The notes: generated by a model from the letters alone, not told the origin. A DNA stretch of 64,000 nt from the human T2T-CHM13v2.0 reference genome, Homo sapiens (GCF_009914755.1 NC_060928.1); one strand, 5' to 3'. Numbered from the stretch's first letter, positions 1 through 15,185 are shown. Translations and numbers: made by a program.

Positions 1-190
1 TGTCCCAGTCTCAGCTTACTATTTCTAGGCATGTGACTTTGAGAAAAAATTAAGAGACCTCCCTTCTTACTCTGTAAAATGGGAATAATAATAATGATGA
101 TAATGATAATAATAATGATCTTACCAGATTTTTTTGAGTGTTAAATGAGGTAACATATGTAGTGCATCTAGCATAGTGTCTGGCATTTAC
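1..190 (+). mobile_element. MIR SINE fragment
   Basis: Core-like tgtgacttt...ctgtaaaatgggaataataata...ttaaatgaggtaa...agcatagtgtctggca. Confidence 0.7.
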
Positions 191-1260
191 CAAGAACCCC
201 GGGAACCTGAGCTTCAACTGCTTCTGATACTATTCCAGATACTATTTCAGGATATTCCAATACTGTTTCCATATATTCAGGACAATGGACCAACTCCTTT
301 AGCCATTTTATCAAAACTCTTTAGATTCTGTTTCAAATCGGTCTTTCCAAAGTCTTCTTGTGCTCCTTTGTAGACACTCTTCAGTCAGAGAGAGCTTTTT
401 AATCTCCTCCAATTTGCTGCAGCTGTATCTGTGCCTCAAAACAACGCTTTCTCCCCATTCCTCTTTTCTCTCTGCCCTTGGAACTCTGTGGACTTCTCTC
501 ATGTTTTTAACCTACTCCCTTTTATCAGTGCATGTCATCTCCACTTATTTGTAGCACCCAATATTTTTACTACATCTTTGACCAATTAAGTCTTACTTGG
601 GTTATGTTTTTAAAGTAGGTATCTTATTAGGTGGTCCTTTTAAAGTATATGTCCAGTCTCTCCAGCTAAATTAAAACCCTTGAGCACAGAGACCACATGT
701 TATAATGTTTTACCTTTTCCATAGCACTTAGCATGTTACCTTGACATGGCATATACTGAATGAATGCTTGCTATTTATGAGTTTAGTTAGTGCCACATCT
801 CATGAAGTACAGGGACTTAATGATTCTCAATCCTGACTTCATCTTACAGTCACCTGGAGAATAAAGTTTCCTCTTAGCTCAACAAGTCAGAATCTCTGAG
901 CAAAATCCTCAACTTCTTACCTAGGTGATACTCTTGTAAGCCACACTGTGAACCACTGGATTCAACAGATGAAGTAATATAAGCCACTGGCTCTTAAGCC
1001 TCATTGATTATTGCGGTGAAGATGTGAAGACTAAAGATGCTTTGGGCATGGCAAAGTGTTCTACAGATATTAGAATTGTTATTATGGTACATTTGAGAGT
1101 GTCATTGCTTTGAGAAAGATTCTCTAAGTTTTTTAACAGCCACACTGTAATGGAAATATCCAATTATAGGTATCCAAAACCTTTTAAACTCTTTATATCA
1201 GGTGTATATACCCTGTTCCTTTTTGCTAACTTAAAAATGTTCAAACTCTGTCTTCTCTAG

Positions 1261-1406
1261 GCTGGCAAACATTCAGCAGCACACCCTCTCAAGATTGTTT
1301 ACTTGCCTTTGCTCCTGTTGAGTTACAACGCTTGGAAGCAGGAGATGGGCTCAGCAGCAGCCAATAGGACATGATCCAGGAAGAGCAGTAAGGGACTGAG
1401 CTGCTG
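1261..1406 (+). other. TET2: TET2 exon 2 (5' UTR, non-coding in the canonical isoform)
   Basis: Acceptor tcttctctag| at 1260, branch-like ctaac at 1226-1230, donor ctg|gtaaga at 1406/1407. 146 nt; matches my recollection of the TET2 5' UTR joining to aattcaactagag of exon 3. Second donor gagca|gtaagg at 1387/1388. Confidence 0.85.
1345..1391 (+). promoter_or_regulatory. Two overlapping uORFs in exon 2: 1345-1374 (MGSAAANRT*) and 1371-1391 (MIQEEQ*)
   Basis: Read directly; joined by an ATGA start/stop overlap at 1371-1374. Translation not shown. Confidence 0.6.
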
Positions 1407-1957
1407 GTAAGACAGTGGAGACAGTTGACACTTGTTTGTCAAGTATGAATTTATTCCTAATGTAATGGTAATCTCTCTCCCAAACTTCAACTTCAAGTTA
1501 CCCTGCACCCTCTCAAATACTTTTCTTTATTGTCTATGCTTAGGACACATGGATTAGATTGTTAAGATTTGTGAATTTACTAAAGTTGTGTACTGACTTA
1601 TGTATAGCTGTATTTTTCTGGAGAAAGATAGATTTTTATCAATTCTCAATGTCTATGGAGTTTTTAAAAAGAGGTAAGGATTATTCAAATGTAACTATAA
1701 ACATAAGAAAATGTGATATCTATAACCAGTTGTTAGAGTATTTATCGCCTCCATTTTGCTTCACTTGTAGCCACTTCGTCTCAATCTTGTTAAGGACCAA
1801 ATAAATGGTATTTGTGGTTACTTGCTGATCTGAAAAGTGAGTACCTCCTGCACCTGGCTAGTCAGTCTTGTGACAATTTGGTGCCATAGAACTAGCAGAG
1901 AACTAAATTATGGAATGGCAGATCTCAGGAGCAGCTATGTGATTTTACATACGGTTT

Positions 1958-2086
1958 GTTTTTAATGGATAGAGACAGAGTCTGGCTATGTTGCCCAGGC
2001 TGCTCTGAAACTCCTGGGTTCAAGCCATCATCCTGCCTTAGCCTCTTAAGGAGCTGGGATTACAGGTGCATGCCCCCAGGCCCAGT
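1958..2086 (-). mobile_element. Alu monomer (FLAM/AluJ-like)
   Basis: agagacagagtctggctatgttgcccaggctg...gctgggattacagg; single arm. Confidence 0.85.
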
Positions 2087-3504
2087 TCATATGATTTTCT
2101 GAAAATACAAAAGAAAGAGGGAGATACAAAATACTTTTTTAATCATGTTCTTATAATTATCTTAATAAAAATCAATTTGCTCTGAATGCCATGACCTGCT
2201 GAGTGTCCCAACCTAAGGGTTGTCAGACCATTTTCTCATATATGCATGTATAGAAGTAGGGAACTAATATATTTTTGTCTAAAATGTTTAAGATGAAGAT
2301 GAGAATGAATTCTACAATATATAATTTTGCCTGAACTATATAAGACAGTTAAAATTATAGAGACATTGCAGGAGAGACTCTGGATTAGATAGAAAAAAGG
2401 AAGAATTAGGCTTTTTTTTTGTCTATAATCCTTTTAGTAGGTAATTCAGCTTCAGTTTCACTAAATCTTGTTTATGCATTCAGCATAACAAATCTTCTAA
2501 TAAGCCTGTATAGCTCTAATCTCTGCCTTACTGCAGACACCTGAGGATATAAGTATCCACTCTGCCACTTGATACTTCTCAGAGACTGTTCTGGTGCTGA
2601 GAAATCCTTTCCAGTGTGTCCTCAGTTGAACTCCCATGATTCCTGGATGTTGCCATTTTCAAGACACAGGGCAAGCGCATCTGTCTAGATTACCTCTCTA
2701 CCTTGGGAATTTTAAGTCACTCTGTGAGGGAAAGAGAACTCAGTATAGTAGTAACTCTCAGAATGAAAATTTTCCCCTTGCATGTTAATATTTTTAGAGT
2801 AATCATTGTCACTGAAAATAGACTTCCTCTTTCCCCTCTCATGCTGGAAAATCTTAGGTAATTATGAATAAAGCATTCTTTACTTTTCCCCTCCTCCCTT
2901 GATGATTGCTTTACCTCACTCTGTGAGAACTGTGACTACTCATTCTGCTCTTGTCTTTTACATGAGAACTGAGAGCGCATTTTTAAGATGGAATTTTCCT
3001 CCTTAATGAAGTCATAACATTAGTCAGAAGATTTTCTCTTCTTGAACGTTAAGCCTGGGTAAGGAATAAAGTGCAGAAGTTTATGGAAAATTATAAGATA
3101 ACTTAAAAAAAAAACGAAGACAACAAATTAAAATATTAGCCATTGAGGGAAAAGGTTTTACAGGTAGCTCTCTGAGGAGTTCTTCCCTCATATCTCCTCA
3201 AAAATCTTGTTTTGCATTTAATTTTTTACAGTTGGATAAGCTCAGCCCTTGACATATTTTCAATAGCAAATAAGCCTAGAGTTTATTTTTAGTACATTTA
3301 TTAGGAATGTGTTCTTGGGAAAATTATTTAACCTCTGTAAGCCCTGCTTTAAATGGCAAAGAAGAAAGTAGGTAATAATAGATAATAACAGGATTATTTT
3401 ATGCATTACCTGTACATTGCCCAACATATAGTAAGTTCTCAATTTTATATTGGTATTTGTTTTATTATTAACCACTTTTATTAATGTTGCTTTTAGTTTT
3501 TGAA

Positions 3505-4700
3505 ATATGAATTCATTCAAAAATATTTCTTGAGCACCTGCCAAATACCAGGCACTCTTCTAGGAACTAGAGTGGCATTAATGAGTAAGAGGCAAAAATC
3601 TCTTCCCTTGTTGAGCTTAGAATCCATTAGAGTAAGAGACAGACACATACAAAATAAAATGTATAATATAGTAAATACCAAGAAGTGCTAAGTTTTAAAA
3701 ATGTAAAGCAGAAAAAGGAAATTGAGTGGCAGGGTTAGGTAGTAATTGAAGATATAGTAGTCAAGTAAGGCAGCTTCAAGAGAAGATTATGTCTTAAATA
3801 AAAATCTGATAAAGATATAAAAACAAGCCATGAAGTTATCTGAAGGAATTGCAGGTAGTGGAGAACAGCCAAAAGACCTGGAGTAGTAAAAGGTTTTATG
3901 CAGAGTGATTTAAAAAGAATCACAGTATCTTATACATCAGTAAATATTTACACATACACTTAAGTAAGTGATATGGACAAGAACTTTGGAAGTTGAATAG
4001 CAAGGTCCATCTGGACTATAACAGAGGAGGCTTCACAAAGGAAGGTGACAGGGCATGGCCTGGATCCTGAAGGACAGGAAGAATTGGGATCGATAACAAA
4101 GAATGACATCCCAGTGGAGAGAAGTGGAGGGGAAACAGCATGAAATGGAGTGAAATAAGAATGTTGGCCTTTAGGGCAGGAATGGGCCAGGCAGAGGGCA
4201 AGTGGGAAGCAGGAAAAAGGCGACCTTGTATAAAGTTCATGTTGGCAAATAGAGAGAAGATGGGAAAGCAGGGTAAGGCCAAATTTAGTAAAATCCTAAA
4301 GTCAAGCTAAAGATTATTGCATGCTATCCTGAAAATATTGGGGAATAATTAGAGCAGATGAGTAGAAAGGTGAATTCTTGTATTTAGCTATATCATTATT
4401 TTTACAAATTTAAACAAATAAGGAAATGGAGGCAGTAGTTGGAGTAATTTAGGAGATAAATTGAAAATGGATTTTGTTAAGAGAGAAGGGAAGATAGATT
4501 TTATATATTTTAAGGAAAAATCATGAGGATTTATTTGCTGACTGCACGTAAGAGATAAAAGAGAGGAGTCAAAGATTTCTCTAAAATTTTCAAAATGATT
4601 AATTACGTGTTGGTATTAAAAGAAATAGGGAAGTTGGGACATATGAGTTTGAATTCAGCATGAGTCAGTTAAGACAATCAGATGCAGATATTCTTAAGGC
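3505..4700 (-). mobile_element. L2 LINE 3' fragment(s), preceded by a MIR fragment at ~3250-3440
   Basis: attcattcaaaaatatttcttgagcacctgccaaataccaggcact is the reverse-complement L2 3' end; purine-rich degenerate continuation. Confidence 0.65.
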
Positions 4701-6352
4701 AACTAAAGTTCATTTGATATTTGTCATATAGGCTGAATTAAGTTTCTAAGAGCTGTTTTTACTATGCATTAAATCCGTGTAATACTAACATAGTACAAAA
4801 GTTGTTTGCTATCCAAATTTTGTATTTTTATAATAAGTTGGAGAGACAGAGAATCAAAAAATTATTGATTTGGAACCATTAGACATCAGCTAGTCCAATT
4901 AGTTCATTTTGTGGAAGGAAAAAGGATACCCAGAGATGTTACATGACTTTATAGCCATGCCTCTAGCTAGTATCTAACTTGGTCTAGCCCAGGTCTCCAT
5001 ACTGAGACTCTCCTCCTGCTAATAAAAAAATAATAAAAAAGTATTAGTGGTTTGTATTTTGCTGGCTTGCTTGTGGAGAATAGGATTAGAAGGTTTGACT
5101 TGCCTGTTAGCACTCTCTTGTAGCCATTTTTCTAATTAACATACACATTTTACCCTTTCTCATGAAACAGATCTAACTTGTTTAGAAGCTTCATTCTTCT
5201 TGATTTAATTAATCACTTTCTCCCACCTTTAGTCATTGTTGAAGTTTCCTGATTTACAATGTTATCTTTTTATCTTTTCAGTAGTATAAGGAGGAATGAT
5301 ATTTCTACTGTTGTACTATTTTTCTGTTTATCTTTCAGAAGAAAAATAGCTTTTCTTATTGGCCCAAAAAACCATCACCCTACAGGAAATAAATCACACT
5401 CTTTGCTTGATTTTCCTGATCTGGCTACTGATTTCTCTTCAAATTTAAGCCGATACTTAGACTTTAAGACTTCATTGTTACTTCCTTACAGGTCATTCTT
5501 ATGAACTAAAATCCATAGTCATTGTTCTAGCAAGCCTGAGCAGTTTATTCTTTGAGTCACAGGATTATAAAAGAAAAAATAGACCTTAGAGATCATAATA
5601 CAGTGCTCTTCAAACTGTACTCTTCAATTTTTCTACTACTTATCAGTTGTTTTTTATTCTAATAAAATATAATTACCTAGCAAGTGAGCAGACATGTATT
5701 TACAGTAGCTTTACAATTCTTTATACACTTCTTTACTCTCTCCATTACACATGCCACATGGTATGATACAAGTCATAACTCAACTATGTGAAAGCAAAAC
5801 CACTCTTATACATGGTGTCTTGCATATATATTAAGGCCCAGAGTGGTATCAGTAGTCTCTGTGTCCCAAGAGACTGAATTAAACAAGACTGTTGACCTTC
5901 TTGTGGCATTTATCTGACAACCTTGGCAATCCCTAAATTCACAAATAGCTGTATAGCATTTTTTTGCATTTAATGCATATCCACATATGATGTGTCCTTT
6001 GATTTTAGAACAAGTAAAGCATGCTAAAATAGACTGCACCTTATGAAAGTCATTTTCACTATTCTTGTGTTTCAGTTTCCTCATCAAAAGGTGAAATATC
6101 AGCTGCCTCTGTTGATCTCAGGATCTTTTAAGTAGAAATGGAAGAGTCTTAGTGAAAACAGTTTGTATTCTGAAAGAAAATTGCAATGTAAATACAGGCA
6201 CTAAAAACGTTTATTCATCTTTACAGATGTTAATCTGACCAGACATTTTTCTCAAAATGTGAAAATAGTATGGATTTTCTTAGCTCATTTAATATTGAAA
6301 GACTAGAAAAACAAGTAATGATGTTCTAGAAGAATCTATGATCATATAATTA

Positions 6353-6696
6353 CAGTTGTCCTTCAGTATCTGTGGGAGATTGGTTCCAGGACCCCCCATG
6401 GATATCAAAATCTGTGGATCCTCAAGTCTCTTATATAAAATAGTGCAGTATTTGCACATGATTTACATATACCCTCCCATATACTTCGAATCATCTCTCG
6501 ATTATTTATAATACTACAATGTCCATGCTATGTAAGTAGTTATTACACTGTATTGTTTAGGGAATAGTGACAAGAAAATTAATCTGTACATGTTCATTAC
6601 AAACACAGCAATCCATTTTTTTTCTGAGTATTTTGATCTGTGATTGATTGAATCCACAGATGCTGGAATCCATGAATACCCATGGGGGGCTGACTA
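6353..6696 (+). mobile_element. MER2 (TcMar-Tigger MITE), full length
   Basis: ta-cagttgtccttcagtatctgtgggagattggttccaggacccccc ... gggctgacta-ta; ~345 bp, degenerate TIRs, TA target duplication. Confidence 0.9.
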
Positions 6697-7892
6697 TAAT
6701 GTTGTCTATGTGCGTAGCAATTTTGTAATTCTCAACCAAGGACACGTATAGTCCTTGAATCTTGGTAGGAGTCTTGGGGACTTTTCTTAAAATATTTTGA
6801 CCATCTTCTCAAGATCTTGACTCCTACCCCCACTTGTACACGTGCACATACTTGTGCACACTCACACACAATACCCTTCCTTAAGTCCTGCTCACCAGCT
6901 TGCTTCCTATTGCATTGAGAGCATTCAACCTGTAGACCAAGAACTTCTACCATATTTTTCCACCTCTACCCCAAAACACAGTTTAGACATATCCATTCTT
7001 TTCATTCTTCAGAGTCATCTCACCACTTCCATAAATTATTTCCTAATTGTTCCCTCTGCCTCTGTTCTTTTTTTTTTTTCTGATGATCAGTTCAAAGTAC
7101 CTCTGTATGCCCATTCTTAAGTGCAAATCTGACCATCTATACCCCTTCTTAATATCCTTTCTTTTATGGATACCCATTTCAGACTTTATTAAAGGAGTGG
7201 AAGCTTCCCCCTCCCCACCTCACCACTTGAAGTTTTTGCAATTAGAATGGAGTTTATTTGGTTAATGCAAAAATAGATGTGATGTAGAATTCTTGGGGAC
7301 ACCTACTTATCCCCTTTTCAGAGTGGCCCTGAATAGCTCTGTGAACCCAGGAATCTGAAGAACTCAGTACAGAAAACCATCAGCCTACAGAAAGTAGATC
7401 AAACTCTATGCTTGATATTCCTGATCTGGCTCCTGGTTACTCTTCAAATTCCTCCTTACTATATTGTCCCTTCAGATTTGTAAATCTTTACCGTGACATC
7501 GTATTTTACACACTGAACCTTTGTACCGCTGTTCCTCTCCTGATGAACTTCCCTTTTCTCTTAACTACACAGCTCAGATTTCTCATAAGGGAAGCTTCAT
7601 ATTTGTTGTGGCACTGTTGTTCCTCAAACATCCTACTTACTGTAGTCATTTGTTTATGCTTGTCTCCTTTGCAGATTCTGAAATTCCTAGGGCAAAGGCT
7701 GCATCTTGTCTTCTTATTACTAATATTTTACACAGTATCTGGTTACATAGTAGGCATTCAATCATACAATTTAAAAGAAGAGGTTGACTTTGTGATCTTT
7801 TTCATATGTTTTATTTCCCTCTCCCCCTACTGGCAACTTCTTCCTACTTCTTAAAATAGATACAGCACTTGCCCACTAAGTGGAGGGAAGAG

Positions 7893-8183
7893 GTGTGGGA
7901 GTCGAGTAGTTGGAACTTCAAGTGTCAAAACATGATAATCTCATTTGCAAAGTTACATTATATCGGAGCTTGAACCTCAGAGATACTTAATTATAAGCAA
8001 CACTTGTGGAACATTTGATACCTACATTTTTTTCACTAAAGTATCCTATCAAAATTAAATGTGTTGCAGTTGAGATTTGTGAGGTTTTAGCTATTTAGAG
8101 ACTTTAGGGATATGTTTAGTGTTCTAATTCTAATAGTATTGATGAATATAAATGTTTCACTGTAGAAAGAGAAGTTTGAGAGC
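7893..8183 (+). repeat. Local direct duplication A, copy 1
   Basis: About 93% identical to 9711-10003 by manual alignment. Confidence 0.95.
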
Positions 8184-8956
8184 TGTTGTGAATGATATTT
8201 GATGTCTATTAGGTGATAATTTCTGATGACTAAACATGCTCAAGACCTTAGTGAGAAATACATGAATACAGAAAATATTTTGAAAATTATGAGAAGTTTA
8301 TCATTGATTATAGATTTTCTTATCCAGCAGTTTTTGGTTGTGTTCTGTTTTTCACTGTCAGAGAAGCAGAAAGTGGTCAGTGGACTTTAGAATGTAGGCT
8401 CTTGTAGGAGGCCATATGTTTGAGAGTGCTGTCCAGGTGCTTTGTGATGTGGCTGAGAATGGATGCAGGCTTGCAGGGAAAAACTAATACTGTAGATCTC
8501 TAGAGAGCATTTTAGGAAAGACTTCTAAGCTTTAGGTTCCCTGACCAAAGAGTAAAAAGTGATTCTTAATATCCATAGCTATAGAGGAAAGTAAATACAC
8601 TTCCCACATCAAATGTAGAATTAAATATTTAGGCATTTCAAGTGTATTTCATTTAGAACAAAATAAAATCATATATTCACTAATGAAATATAAAACCAGA
8701 TGGTCTCTGAAAGGTTTTTCCCTTTACTCACTTTCAGAGTAAGGCAAGGAAGAGTAGTTTTGTTTTTTAATTTATATTTTAATTGTCCCTTTCTGTTTTT
8801 CCAAAAGTTTTATTTTTTGAAAGTGAGTCACCTTTTAGACATTTGAAAAATTAGAATTACTATGATGTTTATTTTATTAGTAAGTCTTCCTAGAGTAGCA
8901 ACGTAGAAAAGCATCTCTGAATGCCTACATAGTAAGTATTTAATAAATGTTTTTTG

Positions 8957-9270
<314 letters not shown>

Positions 9271-9710
9271 AAATGCTTTTTGATTTAACGAAGGTGTCAT
9301 TGTCCTATGAAAAGGAAAACTATCAAAATATATTTTTTAAAACTTAGCTTTTGATAATGATATGGAAGATATTTCTCTTAATTAACCTAAGTCAGAAACT
9401 AAAATATGTTATAAAATGCTAACATCAAATATTTGAGACCAGTTAAAGGAGACAGAAGGAAGTTATGGAGAAAGAAGCAGTAGCCAGAAAATAAGGGCAA
9501 GAAAATGTTTTCTAAATTTATGAGAATCAGAATGTTTACAAAATTGCTATTATTATCATCTGGAAAAAATATGCCTTGTAGGCTGAAAAAATGAACATTC
9601 CCTTTCCATACCATGCAGGAACCTTCTTTACTGCATTCCTAAGAGGACTAGTCTAGCACCTAATTGGATACTTGTGGTAATATTTGGGAACTCACTGATC
9701 TGGTACATCA

Positions 9711-10003
9711 GTGTGGGAGTCGAGTAGTCAGAACTTCAAGTGTCAAAACATGATAGTCTCATTTGCGAAGTTACACTATATTAGAGCTTGAACCTCAGAG
9801 ATACTTAATTATAATTAACACTTGCAGAACATTTGATACTTACATTTTTTTTTCACTAAAGTGTCCTACCAAAATTAAATGTGTTGCAGTTGAGAGTTGT
9901 GAGGTTTTAGCTATTTGGAAACTTTAGGGATATGTTTAGTGTTCTAATTCCAATAGTATTGATGAACATAAATGTTTTACTGTAGAAAGAGAAGTTTGAG
10001 AGC
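9711..10003 (+). repeat. Local direct duplication A, copy 2
   Basis: About 93% identical to 7893-8183. Confidence 0.95.
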
Positions 10004-10442
10004 AAGTTGAGCAAGAATCTGTCACTCTAGGTCTTCTACTCTTTATTAAAGAATGTTGGATTCATTTATAACTTACTGGTCCCTTAAATATTAAAGTTTG
10101 GTGTTTGGTATCTTAAACATGATTACATCCTTATAGGGCTCTCTTCTAATTGCCTGGATACTGCACATCTATTAATACAGTCTCAAAGCACACTTGCTTT
10201 TTTGATAGTAAGAGCGTACGATTTAATCACATTGAAGTTAGTCCGCAAAGGTTTTTGTCTTTTTTTCAGGCAAGCAGCTGATGAATGAATCTCTACTATC
10301 CTTCACTTTGTGACTGTGATTTTCTAAATAAATGTTGGAGATTTTAACTTACAATTTATTAATTTCCATCTTGTTTCTTCAAGTCCCTCCTTTAAGGAAA
10401 TTTATGGAAATCTTTTTCCATACCATCAAGTGGCTTATTTCT

Positions 10443-11477
10443 TTTTAACTTTTTTCCTTAAGTTCAGGAGTACACGTGCAGGTTTGTTGCATAGGCAACC
10501 TTGGGTCATGGGAGTTTGTTGTACAGGTTATTTCATCACCCAGGTATTAAGCCTAGTACCCATTAGTTATTTTTCCTGATCCTCTCCCTCCTCCCACCCT
10601 CCACCCTCTGATAGGCCCCGGTGTGTGTTGTTCCCCTCTGTGTCCATATGTCCTCATCATTTAGCTCCCACTTATAAGTGAGAACATGCAGTATTTGGTT
10701 TTCTGTTCCTATGTTAGTTTGCTATGGATAATGGCCTCCAGCTCCATCCATGTCCATGCAAAAAACATGATCTTATTCTCTTATATGGCTGCATGTTATT
10801 CCATGGTGTATATATAACACAGTTTTTTTTTATCCAGTCTATTATTGGTGGGCATTTAGGTTGATTCCATGTCTTTGCTATTGTGAATAGGACTGCAGTG
10901 AAAATATGTGTGCATGTGTCTTTATAATAGAATAATTTTTTTTTCCTTTGGTATATACCCAGTAGTGGGGTTGCTGGGTTGAATAGTATTTCTGTCTTGA
11001 GGTCTTTGAGGAATCGCTACACTGTCTTCCACAATGGTTGAACTAATTTACATTCCCACCAATAGCATATAAGTGTTCCTTTTTCTCCGCAACCTCACTA
11101 ACGTGTTATTTTTTGACTTTTTAATAATAGCCGTCCTGACTGGTGTGAGATGGTATCTCATTGTGGTTTTGATTTGCATTTCTCTAATGATCAGTGATGT
11201 TGAGCTTTATTTCATATGTTTGTTGGCCGCATGTATGTCTTCTTTTGTAAAGTGTCTGTTCATGTCCTTTGCCCACTTTTTCAATGGGGATGTTTGTTTG
11301 TTTGTTTGTTTTTCCTGTAAATTTAAGATCCTTATAGATGCTGGATACTATTGTCAGATACATAAATTGCAAAATTTTTCTCCCATTCTGTAGGTTGTCT
11401 GTTTTCTCTGTTGATAGTTTATTTTGCTATGAAGAATGTCTTTAGTTTAATTAGATCCCATTTGTGAATTTTTGCTA
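10443..11477 (-). mobile_element. L1 3' end, older L1PA-type, 5'-truncated
   Basis: gtacacgtgcaggtttgtt...atttcatcacccaggtattaagcctagtaccc (3' UTR) plus degenerate ORF2 C-terminal sequence. Confidence 0.9.
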
Positions 11478-11491
11478 TGAACTGGATCTGA

Positions 11492-11860
<369 letters not shown>

Positions 11861-12612
11861 CCAGGTCATACTTTTAATCAAAATGAGAAAAAAGATTGAC
11901 TTCACTGGAGTGCTTATGTCTTGTTTTATATTCAAGTTTTAAATTTATGTTCTTGAGATTATTACATCTTGAGTTACTTGATAATACCACGGTTGAAATC
12001 CATGTTGTTGAATCCTTCAACCCCTTGAGGACTGAGAATTCCCTTTAATTATCTGTCTGAATCATTAAATACTTGTAAATCAAGAGTTCAATTTAGAAAT
12101 GTTATACTTGATACATTTTTTAAAGCTGGATAAATTAACCTATTAAACAAAATTATCTCTTCTTCAAAAAAAAGGCATCACTTCCCCCACAAATGTGTAA
12201 TTTAGGAATTGTTTTCTATTGGAGTGGTTCACGCTTATATATTTTAGTTGCTCTAATGCAAGGTGTTTCCTAAAAAGTTTAAGGAAAGTATAACTTTATT
12301 TTCATGTATGATAGTAAATAATACAATAGGGGGTGCATTTGTGCTATGCTTGTTTTTGTTCCCATTTCAGTGCTCAATTACTGTAGCTTCTAATAAATAA
12401 AATTATCAGTTGCTAACATTTAAATCAAACAGTTCCACAAGTGGAAGTATTGCTTATTTGTGAGAGTTGTGTTTTTTTAAACTTAACCTTACTGAGGGGT
12501 TTTAAGGACTGCTAATTATAGATTGTACTAAGCAAAGTATAAAGTAATAGAAGGTTACCAAGTTGAGGCTAGAATTCAATTAGTGCCAATACAGTTAAAA
12601 TGGTATCATTAA

Positions 12613-13053
<441 letters not shown>

Positions 13054-14366
13054 TGACATATTGTGAACACAGATATATATACAATTAAGTAGTTCCCTGA
13101 GTTACAAATATACTTAAATATACTTTAACTTATTATAGAAGGCTTACAAAAACTGTGGATAAATAACATATATTTATCTTAGTTAATGAATAACTGATGC
13201 TGAAAATAATGTGAATGTCAAATTAGTTCTCTTTTTTTCTAGCCCTCACCTTTGAAAAGCCTGAGCCTCTGAGATGTGAGATGACTGCTGTAAAGTGAAG
13301 CAGCGAATTTCTAGAGGCTGGGTTCACGCTTCAGGTCCTCTAAATCCTAGGTCGCTTCCCACTACTACATACTACCCTAAAAATTCTGTAATTCGCAAAT
13401 TTATTTTTTGATCTTTTTCATAACTTATTAAATTTTTATTGAACAAATACAGGAAACAGTTTTAAATTACTCATTGCTCTTGAATACATTGGTGATTATT
13501 TTTCTTCTCTGAAATTCTGTTTTCCTTAAAGGCAGTCATTTTTTGGTCTCTTCTAAATGACACTTAGTATTTTTAGTAACATCATAACTTCAGTGGCCAC
13601 AGTGAGCCCTCATTTTGCAACATATGCCTACTTTTCATATCTGGCTTGCCTTTTATTATTTATAATTTAATGAAAAGAAAGTACCACTCTTTCCATAGTT
13701 TTGTAATAGAATTGCTGTCAACAAAGTAGTGGATGCACTATGTTATAAAGATTTCATTGTGAAAACATGAAATGGCTGTTAACTATACATCAGGCAAAAT
13801 AAAAACAGGAAATATAAACATTTCCTGGAACAGGGCAGAGTATGAGTAATAAGGTATCAAATATAATTGGATACCTGACCAAATATTTTTAAATGTCTTA
13901 AGAAATGTCACTGGAAAGACTGGAGTACTTGGATTTGTCTCTTATTCTTATTTTGATTCCTAACACTGTGCTTGGCACATGGTAGGTAATTAATAAATGT
14001 GTGATGGATGAATAATGATTGTCATTCAATTAGTGACTAAGAGAGTTGGAAAGGGCTATCAATTTCAAATTGGTTCCTTTAAGACATTTTTACGTAAGAT
14101 TTGGGAGAAAAGTAAAAGAGCACCATATGATTATGCTTTACTAAGAGCTGCTTCCATTCCTACATTGACCATGTGGACTCATATTTGGCCTATATAATTA
14201 CATTAGAATAAACAAAGCACCAAAAGTTGGAAAAGGAAGTAGTAGTAGGAGAGGGTTTTAAGCTATGTATTTACTGGGAAAAAAAGTCATGTTTTCTTTT
14301 TTAAAAATGTTCTAAACAGTACTGTAATCACTTGGGAATTGAATGTGCTTTGTGTCAGACAAAGGT

Positions 14367-14566
14367 CTTTGTATACAATACATTACATTTTGTATACCAA
14401 TACATTACATTACACAGAAGGGAGTGCCTGGCTTTGTATACAATACATTACATTTTGTATACCAATACATTACATTACACAGAAGGGAGTGCCTGGCTTT
14501 GTATACAATACATTACGTTTTGTATACCAATACATTACATTACACAGAAGGGAGTGCCTGGCTTTG
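14367..14566. repeat. Tandem repeat, 3 x 65 bp
   Basis: Units start at 14367, 14432 and 14497; a single mismatch (14517). Confidence 0.97.
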
Positions 14567-14821
14567 GGAAACACATCTACCTAAACTCTTAACATAGCAC
14601 AATGCTGCCATACGGTAGGTAATACCAAGACAAATCAGGGCCGTTATTAACAACCTTGAGGAAATGTCTTGGGAAATATTTAAATAATTTTTGTTTAATT
14701 ATAATAAGGAATCTACAGCCTCTGTGAAGTCATCCCAAACTCTTCGAGGCAAATTTAGTCTCCTCCCGCCCCTGTTTTTTAATGTTTCTAAAGGATGTTA
14801 TGTATAATCTATTAGAAAACT

Positions 14822-15131
14822 GGCCAAGTGCAGTGGCTCATGCCTGTAATCGCAGCACTTTGGGAGGCCAAGGCGGGTAGATTACCTGAGGTCAGGAGTT
14901 TGAGACCAGCCTAGCCAATATGGCGAAACCCTCTCTACTAAAAATACAAAAATTAGCCAGGCGTAGTGGCAAGTGCCTGTAATCCCAGCTACTCAGGAGG
15001 CTGAGGCAGGAGAATCTCTTGAACCCGGGAGGCGAGGTTGCAGTGAGTTGAGTTCGCGTCACTGCATTCCAGCCTGGGCGACGGAGTGAGACTCCGTCTC
15101 AAAAAACAAAAACAAACCAAAAAAAAAAAAA

Positions 15132-15182
<51 letters not shown>

Positions 15183-15185
15183 TAC
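14822..15185 (+). mobile_element. AluS with a (CA)n microsatellite in its tail
   Basis: TSD attagaaaact at 14811-14821 and 15186-15196 encloses Alu, poly-A and about (CA)20. Confidence 0.95.

Noticed and set aside
7408-7854. 148-aa hydrophobic ORF
   Set aside because: T-rich, degenerate L2-like sequence with no homology or splice support.
14332-14597. Three overlapping ORFs with repeated peptides; CRISPR-like appearance
   Set aside because: Produced by the 65-bp tandem repeat; no unique spacers, eukaryotic context.
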